This document shows, in pieces, positions 59,496-64,000 of a stretch of 64,000 nucleotides of DNA; position 1 is the first letter of the stretch, and every line of letters starts with the position of its first letter. The notes below the pieces were generated by a model, which saw only the letters and a program-made list of their open reading frames with translations, ran no database searches and was not told the origin of the DNA. Both the position numbers and the translations under genes were made by a program. This DNA is from an uncultured Chloroflexia bacterium (GTDB lineage: Bacteria > Chloroflexota > Limnocylindria > Limnocylindrales > CSP1-4): positions 128,001 through 192,000 of the forward strand of contig CAVQJC010000011.1 in NCBI GenBank assembly GCA_963712745.1. Direction: 5' to 3'.

Positions 59496-59633
59496 CGCTT
59501 CACCCTCCATGGATGTCCTACCTGTCGATCCAGCCCTTGCGGTCCCAGTGTATCGTACCGAGAATGCGAGCATACACACCGTGGCTCAGGCGGCCCGCTG
59601 GCCGATCTGTCGCAGCCGACCGACCTGTCGCAG

Positions 59634-60305
59634 ATGGCTGACGCCGGTGCTCGCTCGCTTCGGGTATGCGTCGTTGGCGACTCGATCGCCACCGGGACCG
59701 GGGACCAGCGGGCCCTGGGGTGGCATGGGCGCGTCGCGGCCAGGGCCTTCTCGAATGGCGTGGACCTTACGATCTACGACCTCGGCGTGCGTGGTGACAC
59801 GTCGGTGGACGTGGCCGGGCGCTGGCGCGACGAGACGGCCGCGCGGCTGCCACAGCTCTTCCCGAGCGGCATCGTCTTCCAGTACGGGCTCAACGACTGC
59901 ACCATCCGGACCTATGCGGACGGCCGTGCCGAGCGCCGCGTCGAGGTCGAGATGACCCTGGCCACCACGCGGGCACTGCTATCGGAGGCGCTCGGCCTGC
60001 GGCCCACGCTCTTCATCGGGCCGGCGCCGGTCGACGACTCACGCCCGGGACCCCAGTTAGTGCCCGGCATGCACCAGGCCACGGCCAACACCGACATCCG
60101 TGCGCTCGACGGAAAGCTCGATGCTGTGGCTCGCGAGGTCGGCGTCCCCTACCTTTCGGTCTTCGACATGCTCAGCGCCGACGAGCGCTGGTCGCGGGCG
60201 GCGCGCCACGGGGACGGCATCCACCCGACCGACGAGGGATACGACGTGCTGGCAGAGCTGGTCGGGGGCTGGCCGGCGTGGCAGGCGCTGACCCGCGTCG
60301 CATGA
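59634..60305 (+). CDS. SGNH/GDSL family esterase
   Basis: GDS, LGVRGDT, GLND, DGIHP. Start codon is uncertain. Confidence 0.88.
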   Translation: MADAGARSLRVCVVGDSIATGTGDQRALGWHGRVAARAFSNGVDLTIYDLGVRGDTSVDVAGRWRDETAARLPQLFPSGIVFQYGLNDCTIRTYADGRAERRVEVEMTLATTRALLSEALGLRPTLFIGPAPVDDSRPGPQLVPGMHQATANTDIRALDGKLDAVAREVGVPYLSVFDMLSADERWSRAARHGDGIHPTDEGYDVLAELVGGWPAWQALTRVA

Positions 60306-60356
60306 TGCGGGTAGCGCGCGCGTGACCACGAACGTGAGAAGGAGGTCTTCCTGACC

Positions 60357-61460
60357 ATGCAAGTCTCCGCCGCCGTGCTTCGAGCCGTGGACGAACCGCT
60401 CAGCATCGAACGCCTCGAGCTGGCCGAGCTGGGCCCACGCGACGTCCTCGTCCGGATGGGCGCGGCGGGCCTCTGTCACACCGACCTGGAGGTCATGCGC
60501 GGCGCCATCACCATGCCACTGCCCATGGTCCTGGGCCACGAGGGCGCGGGGATCGTGGTCGCAGTTGGGGAGTGGGTCGCGAGCGTCGCTCCCGGGGACC
60601 ATGTCGTCTGCTCCTGGAACCCGGCCTGCGGGCTGTGCTTCTACTGCAGTCGTGGTCAGCCACTCCTGTGCGAGCCGTGCGCGCGGGCCGCGGGCGCGGG
60701 CACACTGCCCGACGGCCGCGCACCGCTCAGCGACGCTGCGGGGCCGGTGAAGCAGTTCATGTTCATGGGCTCACACGCCGACCATGCGCTGATCACGGAG
60801 GCTGCGGCCGTACCTGTTCCGAGCGAGTTGCCCTTCGGCATCGGCGCTGCCATCGGCTGCGGCATCACGACCGGCTTGATCCCGGCGCTACGGTCGCCGG
60901 CAGCGTCCATCCCTGGCTCGGTCGTGGCGGTCGTGGGCTGCGGCATCGTGGGCCTGTCAGTGGTCATCGGCTCCCGGCTGGCGGGCGCGTCGACGATCGT
61001 GGCCGTCGACCGCTCCGCAGTACGCCTCGAGCTGGCCGGCCGCCTGGGTGCGGACATGACCATCGATGTCACCTCCGACGACCCCCTGTCCAGGGTCCAG
61101 GGACTCACCGACGGTCGGGGGGCCGACCACGTCTTCGAGGCTGCCGGCAACGTTGCCGCCATGCGCACCGCCTTCGAGCTGGTGAGGCCCGGGGGCGAGT
61201 TCACGATGCTCGGCAAGATCGCTCTCGATGATGACCTGCCTGTGCGCTTCGGGACCATGATGGGCAACAAGACCATCCGCCGACTTGCCTACGGTGGCGC
61301 GCGTCCCCAGCGGGACTTCCCGGCCATCGCCCGCGCCTACCTGGACGGCCAGCTTCCGCTCGATGTCCTCGTCGACCGTGAGGTCTCGCTGGCAGACATC
61401 GATGAGACCTTCGCCGATGTCGAGCGCGGTGACGTCATTCGTGCCGTGGTGGCGTTCTAG
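60357..61460 (+). CDS. Zn-dependent alcohol dehydrogenase (class III-like)
   Basis: CHTD, GHEGAG, CGLCFYC...C, GCGITTG, GCGIVG. Confidence 0.92.
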   Translation: MQVSAAVLRAVDEPLSIERLELAELGPRDVLVRMGAAGLCHTDLEVMRGAITMPLPMVLGHEGAGIVVAVGEWVASVAPGDHVVCSWNPACGLCFYCSRGQPLLCEPCARAAGAGTLPDGRAPLSDAAGPVKQFMFMGSHADHALITEAAAVPVPSELPFGIGAAIGCGITTGLIPALRSPAASIPGSVVAVVGCGIVGLSVVIGSRLAGASTIVAVDRSAVRLELAGRLGADMTIDVTSDDPLSRVQGLTDGRGADHVFEAAGNVAAMRTAFELVRPGGEFTMLGKIALDDDLPVRFGTMMGNKTIRRLAYGGARPQRDFPAIARAYLDGQLPLDVLVDREVSLADIDETFADVERGDVIRAVVAF

Positions 61461-61523
61461 CCACCCAAGGCAGGTCCTATGCCCCGGTGGCCGCGGCGCC
61501 GGTCTGGGGGCCAGGGGGAGCGA

Positions 61524-61838
61524 TCAGTCAACGTGCGAGACGACCTGCAGGAACGGGAAGTGGCCAGCTTCGGTCAGCCGCTCGCTGACGATGCCCTTGA
61601 AGTGCTCCGACCAGCGCTGGTTCACCTCCATCGGCTCCAGCCGGCCGTAGCAGGTCACCGGGTCGGGATCGCATTCGGCGTAGTAGAAGACTTCTGCCCC
61701 GCGCCGGAAACCGGTCGAGTTGGTGATGCCGCAGGCGTGCATGGCCTCGATCATCTCCGGCCATACCTGCGCGTGCCGACGGTCGTATTCCTCCTCGGTG
61801 CCCGGCACCAGTCTGATCGAGAACAGGGAGTACTCCAT
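61524..61838 (-). CDS. rhaM: L-rhamnose mutarotase family protein
   Basis: EEYDRRHAQVWPEM...GI.N, VNQRW; 104 aa. Confidence 0.85.
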   Translation of the reverse strand: MEYSLFSIRLVPGTEEEYDRRHAQVWPEMIEAMHACGITNSTGFRRGAEVFYYAECDPDPVTCYGRLEPMEVNQRWSEHFKGIVSERLTEAGHFPFLQVVSHVD

Positions 61839-61954
61839 GGCTGGCTACCTCCGCCATCACACTCACGCTACCGGCTGGGTCCCAGCGCGCCGATGACCGG
61901 CTGGCTCGCACGCGCGGCTTGTACGGGTGGCTCCGGGCAGGTATGGTAGCACGC

Positions 61955-63529
61955 ATGCATACAGGCTCCCCTGAGGAGACGGCCGCGCCTGCGACCGGGG
62001 GATCCTCCAGCGCCACCGCGAGCCAGCCGCCTGTCCTTGAGATGCAGGGCATCAGCAAGGGCTTTCCCGGCGTGCAGGCGCTCGACGATGTCAGCCTGAC
62101 CTGCCTGGCCGGGGAGATCCACGCCATCGTCGGTGAGAACGGTGCCGGCAAGTCCACGCTGATGAAGATCCTTGCCGGCGCGTATCACGCCGACAGCGGC
62201 ACCATCCGCATGGATGGCCAGGAGGTTCGGTTCGCCTCTCCGCACGACTCCCAGGCTCGCGGCATCGGCATGGTCTACCAGGAGCTGAACCTCGTACCCG
62301 ATCTCTCGGTCGCGGAGAACATCTACCTCGGCCGTCAGCCGGTCGGTCGGTTCGGGATCGTGGACCGTCGCAAGCTGCGCTCACAGGCCACGGAGCTGCT
62401 GAAGGCGCTTGGCACGCCCGTCGAAACCGGGACCCTCATCCGCGATCTCTCGGTGGGCCAGCAGCAGATGGTCGAGATCGCCAAGGTCTACAGCCAGGAC
62501 CCGCGCGTCCTGGTCCTCGACGAGCCGACCTCGGCACTGACCGAGCATGAGACCGGCATCCTCTTCGATACGCTCGGACGCCTGCGGGACGAGGGCATCG
62601 CCATCATCTTCATCTCGCATCGACTCAAGGAGGTCATGGAAGTCGCGGCCCGGGTGACCGTGTTGCGCGACGGCAAGTTCGTCGGCTCCAAGCCCATCGA
62701 TGAACTGACTCCGGGTGACATCGTCACCATGATGGTCGGCCGGGACGTCAAGGACCTCTTTCCCAAGCGCAAGGTGCCCGTCGGCGAGGTGGTGTTCAAG
62801 GTCTCGGGTTTCGCCCGCACAGGTGTCTTCCGCGATGTCTCGTTCGAGGTACGCGAGGGAGAGATCCTGGGCTTGGCGGGACTGGTGGGCGCGGGCCGGA
62901 CGGAGGTGGCACGTTCCATCTTCGGGCTCGACCCCCACGACGCCGGTGAGATCCGGATCGACGGCCAGACCGTCCGCATCCGGAGTCCGCGCGATGCGGT
63001 CAAGGCGCACATGGGCTATGTGCCTGAAGACCGCAAGCGTGATGGCCTGGTGCTGGGCCTGTCGGTGCGCAGCAACACCGTCATGAGCGTCCTCTCCGAG
63101 ATCGCCCGCGTCGGCTGGATCACGCGGCGCATGGAGCTACCGACCGTCACCACCATGATCGAGCGCTTCGCCTTGCGCCCGCCGGACCCCGAGCGAACCG
63201 TGGCCACGCTGTCGGGCGGGAACCAGCAGAAGGTGGTGATCGGTCGCTGGACGGCGGCCACGCCACGCGTCCTCTTCCTCGACGAGCCCACGCGCGGCGT
63301 CGACGTGGGCGCGAAGGCTGAGATCCACGCCCTGATGGGCGAGCTGGCAGCGCAGGGCGTGGCCATCGTCATGATCTCGTCGGAGCTGCCTGAGATCCTG
63401 TCGGCCAGTGACCGCATCCTGGTCATCCACGAGGGCCGCATCACCGCCGAGTTGTCGCGTGAAGAAGCGACCGAAGAGACCATCATGATGGCCGCTACCG
63501 GCCAGGTTGCGCCGGAGGTCTCCCGATGA
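61955..63529 (+). CDS. Sugar ABC ATPase (RbsA-like)
   Basis: GENGAGKST, DEPT, PEDRK, LSGGNQQK, DEPTRGVDVGAK. Confidence 0.93.
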   Translation: MHTGSPEETAAPATGGSSSATASQPPVLEMQGISKGFPGVQALDDVSLTCLAGEIHAIVGENGAGKSTLMKILAGAYHADSGTIRMDGQEVRFASPHDSQARGIGMVYQELNLVPDLSVAENIYLGRQPVGRFGIVDRRKLRSQATELLKALGTPVETGTLIRDLSVGQQQMVEIAKVYSQDPRVLVLDEPTSALTEHETGILFDTLGRLRDEGIAIIFISHRLKEVMEVAARVTVLRDGKFVGSKPIDELTPGDIVTMMVGRDVKDLFPKRKVPVGEVVFKVSGFARTGVFRDVSFEVREGEILGLAGLVGAGRTEVARSIFGLDPHDAGEIRIDGQTVRIRSPRDAVKAHMGYVPEDRKRDGLVLGLSVRSNTVMSVLSEIARVGWITRRMELPTVTTMIERFALRPPDPERTVATLSGGNQQKVVIGRWTAATPRVLFLDEPTRGVDVGAKAEIHALMGELAAQGVAIVMISSELPEILSASDRILVIHEGRITAELSREEATEETIMMAATGQVAPEVSR

Positions 63530-64000
63530 GCCCCTTGCTGGCCACGCAGCCGGGCGTGGAGTCGACCACTACCGTCCCTCTGGGCGGCGCTGCGCGCGCG
63601 CGCGTGCTCGTCCAGAACTACGCCATCTTCTTCGTCTTCATCGCCCTTCTGGTGGTGGGATCGCTCCTCTCCGATCGATTCCTGTCCAGCCAGAACCTGC
63701 TTAACATCGGGCAGTCGGTCGCCTTCACCGGTTTCGCCGCGCTGGGCATGCTCTTCGTGACCACGAGTGGCGGTTTCGTGGACCTCTCCATCCCGGCCAG
63801 CATGGCTTCCTCGGGCATCATCGCGCTGGCCCTCATGCCCACCCTGGGGGTGGCCGGCGGGATCGTCGTGGGAGTCATGGCAGGCGTCGTTCTCGGTTTC
63901 GTGAACGGCGTCCTCATCGGCGTCTTTCGTACGAATCCCGTGCTCACGACGCTGGGCACGAACGTCGCTGCCCTGGGCATATCGCTGATCTTTACGCAGG
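63526..64000 (+). CDS. Monosaccharide ABC permease, truncated by the window end
   Basis: Manual translation: MSPLL...QNYAIFF...FLSSQNLLNI...FVDLSI...GFVNG...LTTLGT; ATGA overlap with the ATPase. Confidence 0.88.
   Translation, partial: MSPLLATQPGVESTTTVPLGGAARARVLVQNYAIFFVFIALLVVGSLLSDRFLSSQNLLNIGQSVAFTGFAALGMLFVTTSGGFVDLSIPASMASSGIIALALMPTLGVAGGIVVGVMAGVVLGFVNGVLIGVFRTNPVLTTLGTNVAALGISLIFTQ

Overview
High-GC bacterial DNA, densely coding. The gene style suggests Chloroflexota or Actinomycetota (inference only). About 1-9.2 kb is mixed housekeeping: a Fur-family regulator divergent from a Ni/Co ECF transporter, a PQQ sugar dehydrogenase, DUF3090, RidA, a HAD phosphatase, DUF4032 and a sulfotransferase. 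From about 9.2 kb to the window end is a catabolic island of at least 55 kb. It holds five sugar ABC importers, two split transketolases with divergent substrate-site motifs, two tandem E1alpha/beta pairs with one E2, paired aldose dehydrogenases, a lactonase, four SDRs, an FGGY kinase, a DerI-like isomerase and a mutarotase. I recognised no glycoside hydrolase or sugar-acid dehydratase. One GntR/HutC regulator and a recurring CTAGACAGG/GACAGG promoter motif appear to link the island. The standout element is an apparent operon of cytochrome P450, a secreted CRTAC1/UnbV-vanadium haloperoxidase fusion, class II aldolase, HAD hydrolase and Mo-oxidoreductase. About ten genes are frameshifted, mostly by +1 insertions that look like two synonymous alleles written in tandem, so they are probably consensus artefacts. 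No rRNA, tRNA, CRISPR array or mobile element was recognised. All calls come from reading motifs by eye; no searches were run.
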